From assembly GCA_016192455.1 (NCBI GenBank), contig JACPUC010000029.1, forward strand, positions 186,001 to 239,974: DNA of 53,974 nt, in the 5' to 3' direction. The notes beneath the pieces are model-generated. The model saw only the letters and a program-made list of their open reading frames with translations. It was not told the DNA's origin and did not search any database. Source of the stretch: Candidatus Tectimicrobiota bacterium (GTDB lineage: Bacteria > JACPUC01). A program made the position numbers and the translations under genes. Below, piece by piece: positions 1-9,097 of the stretch; the stretch's first letter is position 1, and every line of letters begins with the position of its first letter.

Positions 1-205
1 TCTCATCGCTGCTTCACCGCGCAGGGTGAAGCGAGGGGGAAGAAACCTCAGCGCGCAAGGGAATCCCACAGACCGGCGGCGGCGCTCCTCCCTGCCGCGC
101 GCGGCCGCGCGCGGCGGTTGATGCCTGCACGCCAGCAGCCTCTGATGCAACCTGACCGGCTCCTCGTCAAATCCCGCCCAGGCTGCCCCCGCCCAGGCTA
201 CCTGC

Positions 206-862
206 TCAGCTTGTGCGGGGCGCCGGCAAGCCCAGGCGTTCATTCAGCTCGCGCATCGCGTCGACCGAGAGTTTCTGCTGCAAGGCGGAGATGTCCCGCA
301 AGCGCTGCTGAACCTCCGGTGTGGTGGCGTACTTCTCCAGGATGGCGCGCCCGAACTCGTGGTGCTCCTCTTCGTCTTCAATCTGGGGAGCGGCGATGTC
401 CCGCAGATGGGGATCGGCGCCGTTCGCCGCCAGCTTGAAGAAGAGCACGGCCTTCGGCTCGCCGCCGTAGTTCTCCGCGGCAATTTTCTCCAGCGCCGTG
501 GGGGCATTCTCCTGGTTATCGAAGTAGCGCTTCCAGGAGGGGACCGGCGTGTAGGCCGCGGGGTCGAAGTCCACCCCCAACTCCAGGAGCTTGCGCCGCT
601 CGATCTCGTAGTGGCTCGCCTCCTCATGGCATTGCTCGGCCAGCCCCAGCTTCAGGTCCCACTGCTGCATGGGCGTGTTGAGGAAGTGCTTGGCGTTGTG
701 CAGGCAGCTCCGCCACTCCGCGTAGGCGTAATGCTTCAGCACCTCGATGAGCTGCTGGCGCGGCCACACCTTGTTGGCCCAGGCTTCGCTCAATGGACGC
801 GCCGCCTCGAGCAAGGCCGCCACCTTCTCCTCCATCTCCGACGCAAACTCGTTGCCAGTCAT
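206..862 (-). CDS. Ferritin-like (diiron carboxylate) four-helix-bundle protein
   Basis: Two E...ExxH modules: AYAE...EEASH and GGE...DEEEH. 218 aa with GC-typical codon usage. Confidence 0.75.
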   Translation of the reverse strand: MTGNEFASEMEEKVAALLEAARPLSEAWANKVWPRQQLIEVLKHYAYAEWRSCLHNAKHFLNTPMQQWDLKLGLAEQCHEEASHYEIERRKLLELGVDFDPAAYTPVPSWKRYFDNQENAPTALEKIAAENYGGEPKAVLFFKLAANGADPHLRDIAAPQIEDEEEHHEFGRAILEKYATTPEVQQRLRDISALQQKLSVDAMRELNERLGLPAPRTS

Positions 863-1026
863 GCTGGACCCCCCATGAACGTGTCACGAGCAGAGGCGAG
901 CGCCTGCGGCTGGCGTGCCCGCTCAAGGAGGCTCGGAGTGCCAGCCATTGGCGCCCCCCCGGCTCCTCGCGGCGCCGGCTCGCAGGCATGGCTTAACGCG
1001 AGAAGCAAGGACCGGCCTGCATCTCC

Positions 1027-3390
1027 TCACGCCGCTTCCGCCAGGTTCTCCCTCGCCTCCTTGATTGCCCGCAGGATGCCCTCCGGCGTCAGAGGAGAGG
1101 AGCGCAGGCGGACGCCGAAGGGTGCCAGGGCATCCTCCACGGCCCCGAGGATGGCGCCGCACGCCCCGATCGTGCCTCCCTCCCCCGCCCCCTTCACCCC
1201 AAGCGGGCTGAGCGGCGACGGGGTCTCTTGGTGCAGGATGGCGACCGAGGGCACCTCGCACGCCGAGGGCATGGTGAAGTCCATCAGGCTGGCGGAGAGA
1301 TATTGCCCCTGTTCGTCGTAGACCATGCGCTCGTAGAGCGTCTCGCCGATGCCGTGCGCGATGCCCCCCATGACTTGCCCCTCGACGATCATCGGGTTCA
1401 GCATCACGCCGCAGTCGTGGACGGCGGCGTAGCGCAGCACGCGCACCTCCCCGCTTCCGGCATCAACCTCCACCACCGCCGCCTGCGCGCCGCTCGCCCA
1501 CGCCTCGTCCTGCGGCTCGTAGAAGGCTGTCTCCTCAAGCCCCGCCTGGGCGCGCACCAGACTCTCGATGCTCACCGAGCGCTGCGGGCTGCCGCGCACC
1601 CTGAAGCGCCGCTCGGTGAAGCGCTCCCGGGGGCGCGGATGCCTGGCGACGCCGTCCTCCTGGATCAGCTCCAGGTCCTCCGGGCGCGCCTCGAGCTGCG
1701 CCGCCGCCAGCTCGCCCAGCCGTCGCATAAGCTGCCGGCAGGCGAAGCTCGTGGCCGTGGCGGCGACGGTTGCAATACGGCTGGCGTAGGCGCCGGCCCC
1801 CTTGCTGATCATCGCCGTATCCCCGGCGACCACCGTGACGTCCTCGAACGGCATGTCGAGTTCGGCCGCGCAGACCTGGGCGAGGGTGGTGAGGGAACCC
1901 TGCCCCTGCGTCGCCGCGCCGGTGAAGACCGTGGCCTTGCCGGCGCTGTCGAGGACGAGGCGGGCGCCCTCATACGGGCCCATGCCGGTGGCTTCGACGC
2001 TGAGCGAGAAACCGATGCCCCGGAAGCGGCCGGCCCGGCGCAGCCGCTCCCGCTCCCCGCGAAACGCCTCGTGGTCAATGGCGGCGGCGACCTTCTCGAG
2101 GAGCCCCGGGTAGTCGCCGCTGTCGTAGCGGATCGGGTACCCGCTCTCGTTCTGCAGCCCAGGAGCGTAAGGGAAGTCGGCGGGCTGGAGTAGGTTGCGA
2201 CGGCGCACCTCGAGCGCATCGCAGCCGACCTCGCGAGCGATGCGGTTGAGGACGAGCTCCATCACCGCAACCGCCGGGGGGCGGCCCGCGCCGCGCACCG
2301 GGGCGACCGGCACGCGATTGCTGTAGGCGACCGTGAGCTCCGCCGCATAGGCCGGGATGCGGTACGGCCCCGGCAGCGTGCAGAGGGTCAGCAGCGGCAC
2401 GATGACACCCTTCGGCACGTAGGCGCCGGTGTCGGCCAGGATGCGGTCGCGCAGGGCCACGATGCGGCCGTCGCGCCGCACGCCGACCTCCAGTTCGTGG
2501 ACCTGCTCATGCTCCTGGTGGGCGCACATGAGCGACTCGCGGCGATCCTCGATCCAGCGCACCGGCCGCTGCAGCCGCAGCGCCAGGGAGGCGATGAGCA
2601 CATCCTCGACGTACCCCGACCCCTTCGATCCGAAGCCGCCTCCCACATCCGGCGCCACGACGCGGATGCGCTCCTCGGGGAGGGCCAGCATCTCGGCCAG
2701 GATGCTGCGCAGGAAATGCGGCTGCTGCGTCGAGGACCAGACGGTGAGCAGTGAGGTCGCCGCGTCGAAGGCGGCCAGCACGCCGCGGGTCTCGATGGAT
2801 TGCCCGCCGCTGCGGTGGATGCGCAGACGCTCCCTGATGACGAGGTCGGCGCCGGCGAGGGCCGCCGCAACGTCGCCGTAGCCATCGCGCACGTTGGCGG
2901 CGATGTTGTCGCCGAGCCGAAAATCGGCATCATCGTGCACGACCGGCGCCCCAGGCCGCACTGCCTGCTCCACATCGGTGACGGGCGCCAGCGGCTCATA
3001 GTCGACGCGCACCGCCTCGGCGGCGTCCTCCGCGGCATAGCGACTGGCGGCGACCACCACGGCAACGGCCTCGCCGACGTACTTCACCTTGCGGCGCGCC
3101 AGCGGCGCCGCCGTGCAGGAGAGCAAGGCTGGATGCGGGCGCGTTTGCGGCAGCGACCTGGAAAGGGGTCCCAGGTCGGCGGCGCGATAGACCCCCCCCA
3201 CCTCGGGCATGGCGGCGGCAGAGCTCTCAATGGCGCGGATGCGCGCATGCGCGTGCGGGCTGCGGACGATGGCGGCATGCAGCATGTCCGCCAAGCGCAG
3301 GTCGGCAACGTAGCAGCCTTCGCCGCGCAGCAGCCGCGGGTCCTCCTTGCGCAGCAGCCGTTGACCGATTGCGCTGCCGGTCTCGCGCAT
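1027..3390 (-). CDS. Xanthine dehydrogenase/CoxL-family molybdopterin-binding large subunit
   Basis: IGQRLLRKEDPRLLRG, RSPHAHARI, VGGGFGSK, RGAGRP, GQVMGGIAHGIG and GVKGAGEGG motifs. Start moved to ATG 3390 (MRETGS), which has a purine-rich RBS. Confidence 0.92.
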   Translation of the reverse strand: MRETGSAIGQRLLRKEDPRLLRGEGCYVADLRLADMLHAAIVRSPHAHARIRAIESSAAAMPEVGGVYRAADLGPLSRSLPQTRPHPALLSCTAAPLARRKVKYVGEAVAVVVAASRYAAEDAAEAVRVDYEPLAPVTDVEQAVRPGAPVVHDDADFRLGDNIAANVRDGYGDVAAALAGADLVIRERLRIHRSGGQSIETRGVLAAFDAATSLLTVWSSTQQPHFLRSILAEMLALPEERIRVVAPDVGGGFGSKGSGYVEDVLIASLALRLQRPVRWIEDRRESLMCAHQEHEQVHELEVGVRRDGRIVALRDRILADTGAYVPKGVIVPLLTLCTLPGPYRIPAYAAELTVAYSNRVPVAPVRGAGRPPAVAVMELVLNRIAREVGCDALEVRRRNLLQPADFPYAPGLQNESGYPIRYDSGDYPGLLEKVAAAIDHEAFRGERERLRRAGRFRGIGFSLSVEATGMGPYEGARLVLDSAGKATVFTGAATQGQGSLTTLAQVCAAELDMPFEDVTVVAGDTAMISKGAGAYASRIATVAATATSFACRQLMRRLGELAAAQLEARPEDLELIQEDGVARHPRPRERFTERRFRVRGSPQRSVSIESLVRAQAGLEETAFYEPQDEAWASGAQAAVVEVDAGSGEVRVLRYAAVHDCGVMLNPMIVEGQVMGGIAHGIGETLYERMVYDEQGQYLSASLMDFTMPSACEVPSVAILHQETPSPLSPLGVKGAGEGGTIGACGAILGAVEDALAPFGVRLRSSPLTPEGILRAIKEARENLAEAA

Positions 3391-3444
3391 GCCTCTCTCC
3401 CTGGCTGGAGCCTGCCATTCACAGGCTGACGTATTGTCCAGGCA

Positions 3445-3467
3445 TTGCACCATTTTCGCAAGTGCAA
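3445..3467. promoter_or_regulatory. Possible operator palindrome upstream of the Mo-subunit gene
   Basis: TTGCAC-N11-GTGCAA overlapping a weak minus-strand TTGCGA-17-GACAAT promoter candidate. Confidence 0.3.
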
Positions 3468-3684
3468 AGTGTGGCGACGCGGAATACCCAACGGCATCTC
3501 GCGGCGGCAGGTGAGGCGGGAGCGGTGGAAGCGCCGCGGGCTGCGGGGCTCTGGGCGGGGCTCGATCCTCCACTTGCCCGCGCGGGCTTGCCGCACCCCT
3601 CTGCGCGCAGCGGGCGGGGAGGAGCCCGGCGCGGGAAAGAACGCAGGCAGACGCCGGAGCCGCGAGGATGGCGGAGAATAAAGG

Positions 3685-5721
3685 TTAGAAGCGCGCGGTG
3701 ATGCTGACGATGAAGAGGTGCCCGCGGTAATCATCGGTTCCGGTTGGTTCGGAAAAGTCGAAGTAGGAGTAGCGTCCGTCCAGGTGGTAGCGCTTACTCA
3801 GCTCGTAGCCGGTCTCCAGGTTCAAGGTGCGGTAGTTATTGTGCACGGCGTTGCGGGCGATGCTCTCGGTCCAGCTCAGGTTTGCCGTCAAGCGGTCGAT
3901 GGGGGTGACGCGCAGCCCTAGGGCATAGGTGACCGCCGACTGCTCGAAGCTGACGGGGGCGAAGGAGGCGGCAATCGGCGGCAGCGCCTCGTCGATATCC
4001 CCGTCATCCACCAGCACGTCGAGGTAGCCGTAAGCAGAGAGCCTGGGATGGAGCTGGCTGTCCAGGTTCAGCGTCAAGTGCTGGGTGCGCTGCGAGGTGT
4101 CGGCATCGGGCGCGGTGTCCAGCTCGTAGCGGCTGTCCAGGTAGCGGTATTCGGTCACCACGGTGAGCTGCCGCAGCGGCTGCAGCGAGACGCCGAACTT
4201 CAGCTCATCGGCGACGCGGTTGGAGTCATCGAGCTGGAAGAAGTTGAGGGCGCGGGAGAAGTCCTTGTCCGCCTCGTGCCAGCGGCGCGCGTAGCCGCCC
4301 AACAGCCGCAGCCTGCGGATGGGGCGATAGGCCGCCTTCACGTAGGCGCGGCGTTCCGTCTGCTCCACGTCCTCGAACCGCTCGCCGCTGAGGCGGGCCA
4401 CCGGCAGGAGGGTGCGGACGAGATCGAAGTCCTCGTTGCTCTCCTCGTTCTCGAACCCCGCCCGCACGGTCGTCTTGGGGATGCCGAAGAAGGCCGCCTC
4501 GATGCTCTCCGCGTGGCTGAAGCGATCCCGCTCCGTATCGTTGACGGTGGTGGCGGTGACGGCGGCGGGCCCGCTGAGGTCGGTGCGCACCTCGCGCTCG
4601 ATGGCGAAGCCCTCCTCATCCTGCTTGGCCACCAGGGCCTTGGCGCGCAGCGACAGGCTGGGGAACGGCGCGTAGACGACACCGAGATTCTGGCTGTGCC
4701 GCCGTTTCGAGACCTCGCCCTCCTCGAGGAAGCGCAGGAAGTCGAAGAAGCGGGTGTTCGCAAAGAGGCGGCTGGCGCCGGGCTCCGCGTCGGCATCGAG
4801 GTAGGAGCCGCTGAGCGCCACGAAGAGCTTCCGGTGCAGGTAGCTGGAGACGGTCGCCGAGGTGGTGACGATAGCGGCGCGGTTGTGGTCATCCACCTGC
4901 ACGGTCGTCTCGACATCGCGGCTGCCGAACTGCCGCTCGGTGATGCGCTCGGTGTTGCCCACCTGCTCGTAGGACCCCTGCCACTCGACGTTGACGCGCC
5001 CGAAACGTTGATCGGCCTCCAGGAAGTAGCGCTGGGAGAGGGTGTCCTGATCCATCGTGGTGGGGTAGAGGCGGAGCTCGGGGCGCCCGCCCACCGGGCT
5101 TCCCTTCAAGAGCATCACGTTGCCGCGCTCGGCCCGCCGCTCGTAGCCGCCGCGCAGGTGGGGCCCCTGCGGCAGGCGCAGCTCGAGCTCAAGGCCGAGG
5201 TTGCGGCGGGTGGTGAAGATATTCTGTCCGAGGTCGAAGATGCCGGGGAACTCGCGGTAGGGTTCGCCGCGGGAGTCGTCGTAGTACTTGCGGGACTGCT
5301 CGTAGTTGCCGCGCAGGGCGAAGACCCCCCGCCGTCCCAGGACGAAGTTCACGAAGCCGTCGCGGCGCAGGGCGCCGAGGCCCGCATCGAAGTTCAGGTA
5401 GTAGCCGTCGGCGGTGGCGTTGCGCAGGCTGAGGGAATCGAGCGTGCCGGTCAGGTCTTGTTCGAACAGTCCCTGATCTTCGCGGAGATTGGCCTTGTCC
5501 TTCGCCACGTCGAGCACCGAGAGGCTCGTCGTGATGCTGCCGGCGAAGCCTTCCTGGCGCTGGAACAGGCCCGTGATGCCGGTCGCCGCGGCGTCGTCAC
5601 CCTGGGCGCGGGCGGCGATGCTCCAGCACGCCAGCACGGCAAGCAGCGCGCCGAGCAGGCCGTACGCCATGCCGCATCGTCCGCCGCTCCTCCACGCACC
5701 CCGCTTCGTCGCTGCTGTCAT
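3685..5721 (-). CDS. MtrB/PioB-like outer-membrane beta-barrel of a porin-cytochrome conduit
   Basis: Signal peptide, alternating amphipathic strands, C-terminal Phe (VSITARF). Begins 8 bp downstream of a decaheme cytochrome gene. Confidence 0.8.
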   Translation of the reverse strand: MTAATKRGAWRSGGRCGMAYGLLGALLAVLACWSIAARAQGDDAAATGITGLFQRQEGFAGSITTSLSVLDVAKDKANLREDQGLFEQDLTGTLDSLSLRNATADGYYLNFDAGLGALRRDGFVNFVLGRRGVFALRGNYEQSRKYYDDSRGEPYREFPGIFDLGQNIFTTRRNLGLELELRLPQGPHLRGGYERRAERGNVMLLKGSPVGGRPELRLYPTTMDQDTLSQRYFLEADQRFGRVNVEWQGSYEQVGNTERITERQFGSRDVETTVQVDDHNRAAIVTTSATVSSYLHRKLFVALSGSYLDADAEPGASRLFANTRFFDFLRFLEEGEVSKRRHSQNLGVVYAPFPSLSLRAKALVAKQDEEGFAIEREVRTDLSGPAAVTATTVNDTERDRFSHAESIEAAFFGIPKTTVRAGFENEESNEDFDLVRTLLPVARLSGERFEDVEQTERRAYVKAAYRPIRRLRLLGGYARRWHEADKDFSRALNFFQLDDSNRVADELKFGVSLQPLRQLTVVTEYRYLDSRYELDTAPDADTSQRTQHLTLNLDSQLHPRLSAYGYLDVLVDDGDIDEALPPIAASFAPVSFEQSAVTYALGLRVTPIDRLTANLSWTESIARNAVHNNYRTLNLETGYELSKRYHLDGRYSYFDFSEPTGTDDYRGHLFIVSITARF

Positions 5722-5729
5722 CGCGGCAC

Positions 5730-6818
5730 TCAGAATGTCGGGTTGAAGGATCGATTGGTGTTCGAGCCGTGGACCTGGATGTGACAGTCAAGGCATTGCG
5801 CGCGGCCGCTCAGAAGGAACTGGTGGTTGAGCCGCCCGACCCTGGGGAACGTGCTCTCGAAGTGGCAGCGCAGACAGAGGAAGTTGCTCGGTCTGCTGAG
5901 CAGCCGCTTATTGACGGACCCGTGCGGCGTGTGGCAGGCGAGGCAGCCGTCATCCATCGCCTGATGCTCCCACACGAACGGGCCCCGCTGCCGCGCATGA
6001 CACTTGAGACAGACCTCGCGGTCGGCGCCCCAGAAGCCGGTCGTGGCGGGCTTGCCGTGGGGGGAGTGACAGTCCTGACAGCCGACGCGGCCCTCGAAGA
6101 GGGGATGGTGGAACTGCCGACGGAACTCGGCTTCCTTCTCGGTATGGCAGGTGAGACATCTGCCGGACAGTCCCAGATTCCGGTGCCGGGCCGAGATCTG
6201 CGTGGGGACGTCCTGCGGGCGGCGGGCGCTCTTGGCGGCGGGGCCGTCGCCCTTCCCTCCCTCCTCGTCGCCTGCCTTCGCTTCCTTGGCGCTGTGCGGG
6301 AAGGGGAAGGCCTCGACATGGCAGTCGGAACAGTTGATGCCGGCGCGCGCGTGCTCGCTGGTCGGCCAGAAGGGGCGCTGGGATTCGTGACAGCTCAGGC
6401 AGAGGCCGGCGCGCTGCTCCGCCGAGAGCCGCCGCATGTCTTGTGGATTGACGATGTCCGCCGCATCGTTGGACTCAACGTGCTTGCCGCCGGGGCCGTG
6501 GCAGTTCTCGCAGCCCGCCGCTTGCGCATCCTTGGCGCGCAGGAGCCGTCCGTGGGGGCTGCCCATCAGGCGCCCGAGGTCGTCCGCGGCGTGGCACTCG
6601 AGACAGGCCGCCGAGCCGACGCGCTTGGCCTCCTTGACCTTGCTCGTGACGATCTCCGGCACGGCGTTCGAGGTGCTGCGGAGCTGCACGCAGCCAACCA
6701 GGAGCAGCAGCGCCAGGGGCAGCAGCCCCCACAGCAAGGTCACGCTCCGAAGGCGCTCCGGGAGAGGCCAACCAGCGCTCGTCATGGCGCGGTTCCGCGT
6801 CGTGGAATCATGCTGCAT
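5730..6818 (-). CDS. MtrA/DmsE-family decaheme cytochrome c (probable lipoprotein)
   Basis: 10 CXXCH motifs, GPFVWEH, CHTPHGS, terminal CHxxVHGSN, and an LLVGC lipobox-like segment. Confidence 0.9.
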   Translation of the reverse strand: MQHDSTTRNRAMTSAGWPLPERLRSVTLLWGLLPLALLLLVGCVQLRSTSNAVPEIVTSKVKEAKRVGSAACLECHAADDLGRLMGSPHGRLLRAKDAQAAGCENCHGPGGKHVESNDAADIVNPQDMRRLSAEQRAGLCLSCHESQRPFWPTSEHARAGINCSDCHVEAFPFPHSAKEAKAGDEEGGKGDGPAAKSARRPQDVPTQISARHRNLGLSGRCLTCHTEKEAEFRRQFHHPLFEGRVGCQDCHSPHGKPATTGFWGADREVCLKCHARQRGPFVWEHQAMDDGCLACHTPHGSVNKRLLSRPSNFLCLRCHFESTFPRVGRLNHQFLLSGRAQCLDCHIQVHGSNTNRSFNPTF

Positions 6819-7054
6819 AGGCTAGGATCATCCGCTGTCGGCACGTGGTAAGACCGCACGCCCCCCGGCAGTGCGGGGATGGCGATGGGGGGGCGACGGC
6901 GCCTTGGCGCCCTTGCCTTGTCGCTTGCCCGTGGAACCCGGCCAGGTGGCGCCGACCTCGCGCGCGCCAGGATGTCAATCCTTCTATCACATCCGCGCGC
7001 GCTTGGGAAGGCGCAATGTGCCGGGCGAACGGCGGGCGCCCCCCCCTCCCCTCC

Positions 7055-7334
7055 TAGTGGTGCGTCCCATAAGGTCGCTTACCTAGTTGCGGCGTTGCTC
7101 GCTGGATTGGCCAGGAGCTTATGAGGGACCCATGCTCCCCCATAGCCCCATCCCGTAGGGGCGGTTCGCGAACCGCCCCTACCAGGCGGGGTGCGCGAGG
7201 GGACAAGGTTCCCTCGCAGACGTAAGCGCCGGGCGGGGCAAGCCCCGCCCCTACGATCCGCTCCTTCGGAGTGCGCGGAGGAGACAAGGCCCCCTGTCAG
7301 AATTAGGTGTTGGAACTTATGGGACACGATACTA
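7055..7334. mobile_element. MITE/REPIN-like non-autonomous element
   Basis: Imperfect 22-bp terminal inverted repeats (TAGTGGTGCGTCCCATAAGGTC at 7055; GAACTTATGGGACACGATACTA at 7313-7334; 17/22 match) enclosing GTAG-type REP palindromes. Confidence 0.5.
7155..7254. repeat. GTAG-family REP palindromes
   Basis: Perfect palindrome GTAGGGGCGGTTCGCGAACCGCCCCTAC (7155-7182) and GGGCGGGGCAAGCCCCGCCCCTAC (7231-7254). Confidence 0.7.
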
Positions 7335-8699
7335 ACGCCCCAGTCGCTCGTTGAGGGCGCCGGCCTGATCGCTCACGTACTCCAGGAGCGCGGTCGCGTA
7401 AGGCATGTTGTGCATGCCGACGGCGTGCTTCACGAAGTTGACATTGAACTCGAGATCAGCCAGCAGCCGGGTGGTGCGTTCCCTCTCGTCGGCTCGCTGG
7501 GCGGCGCCGGCCACTGCCTTGCGCGCCTCTCCCAGGGCCTCGCTGGCCTTCTCCTCGGCTTCGCGCAGCTCCTCCTTCCAGTCCGCGACCATGGCGCCGT
7601 AGTCCTCGCCGTGGCACTTGTTGCACGCCTCCGGCTTGGCCTTGCGGATGATGCTGTGGCGGAATCCGTCGCGGCCGTTGGGTGGGCTGAGGTGGCAGGC
7701 GACGCAATCAACCTGCGCCAGGTACATGACGCTCGGCGAATCCTTGATGCCGCGCCCGCCGGTGCCGCGGTACATATCGTACGGTCCTAGGTGATTGCGC
7801 TGGTGGCACTCGCCGCAGAGCATCACCGGCAGCGGCGCCGCCGCAGTCTTGCGGTGCTGGATTTCGATGTGGCACTCGAAGCACTCCACCTTGCGCAGTT
7901 CCACGTGGTGCTTGTGGATGAACTCGGTGGCCTGGTAGCGCTCCAGCCTCTCCTTCTCGCCGTGGCACTTCAGGCACATCTGCTTCGGCACCTCCCCGGT
8001 GCCGACGATCGTTTCGAGGTGGCAGTCGGTGCAGCGCGCCCCATACTGCAAGACGCCGGCGTGCGAGTACGACAGCCCCGGGGCGAGGGCGATCTCCTTC
8101 TGCGGCGGCTCATGGCAGACCTGGCAGCGCGCCGTGGGCACATCGTGCGAGCGCCCGAGCTCGTCGCGCGCCCCCTTGAAGTGGCAGAGGAAGCAGGTAT
8201 CCTCGGTGACGCTGATGTGCTGCCCCTGGACGATCTGCGAGTGACAGGTGGCGCACTGCAACTTCTTGCCGCGGCGCAGGTCTCCAAGATGCGGCTGGTG
8301 GTCGAAGATGATGCCCTTCTTGAACGTGACCTTACCCGCGAGCAGTCGCTGCTCGTGGCAGCCGGACCGCAGGCAGCTCGCATCCGTGACCTCGGCCGCG
8401 GGCTTCGTGCCATAGGTGCGCAGGACGTAGTTCACCACGCGGGAGAGCGACTGGAACTTACCCCAGAGCTTGGCCTGGGCTTCCGGGGGGAGATGGCACT
8501 CAAGGCAACCGACCTCGCTGTGGGTCGATTCCTGCCAGGAGGTGTAGAAGGGGGTCATGATATGGCAGGAGCCGCAAAACTGCGGCGTATTGCTGTAGGC
8601 GACCAGGCCCACCCCCCCACCGATGATGACGAGCACCACCACGCCGATGAGTATCTGGGTCTTCACTGTGCCCCTCGAGTTGGTTCTCTTCTGTTGCAT
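7332..8699 (-). CDS. Membrane-anchored 12-heme cytochrome c with NapC/NirT-like N-terminal domain
   Basis: N-terminal TM helix, TPQFCGSCHIM...W..STH (NapC/NrfH-like), 11 CXXCH plus one CX4CH, C-terminal coiled coil with GMHN. Start uncertain. Confidence 0.85.
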   Translation of the reverse strand: MQQKRTNSRGTVKTQILIGVVVLVIIGGGVGLVAYSNTPQFCGSCHIMTPFYTSWQESTHSEVGCLECHLPPEAQAKLWGKFQSLSRVVNYVLRTYGTKPAAEVTDASCLRSGCHEQRLLAGKVTFKKGIIFDHQPHLGDLRRGKKLQCATCHSQIVQGQHISVTEDTCFLCHFKGARDELGRSHDVPTARCQVCHEPPQKEIALAPGLSYSHAGVLQYGARCTDCHLETIVGTGEVPKQMCLKCHGEKERLERYQATEFIHKHHVELRKVECFECHIEIQHRKTAAAPLPVMLCGECHQRNHLGPYDMYRGTGGRGIKDSPSVMYLAQVDCVACHLSPPNGRDGFRHSIIRKAKPEACNKCHGEDYGAMVADWKEELREAEEKASEALGEARKAVAGAAQRADERERTTRLLADLEFNVNFVKHAVGMHNMPYATALLEYVSDQAGALNERLGR

Positions 8700-9097
8700 C
8701 CCCCTGCCGACCCGTGCTAGAAGGGCGCGCAAGCATCCTCCTTCGCGCCCCGGACCTCAGAGGAGCTGGGTCTCCGCGCTCACCACGGGCAGACTTGGCG
8801 GTGCGAAGAGAACGTCGTCAGGGAGAAGCGTTCCGGCGGGCCTGGGTGAGACCTCCGCTCGTGGTCGCTGCCGCGCCTCGGTGCGTCGACCCATGGTAGC
8901 GCCGCCTCAGGGGCCAGGACACGCCCAGCGTGGTGGCGGCGCAGCGCGGACGTGCTGTCAGTCCCCCGCTGGGTTTGAACCGCGGGCCCGCAACGAGCAG
9001 GTTCGCCCGCGCCCGGCAAGGCGGAACCCGCTGCTGACGGGGGAGCGCTCCACCGACGCTGGGGAGCACGCACGACTGGACCGAGTGCCTGTCGGAG

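Noticed and set aside
1027-3390. True aerobic CO dehydrogenase (form I CoxL)
   Set aside because: It lacks AYxCSFR (has APVRGAGR), and no cox accessory genes are present.
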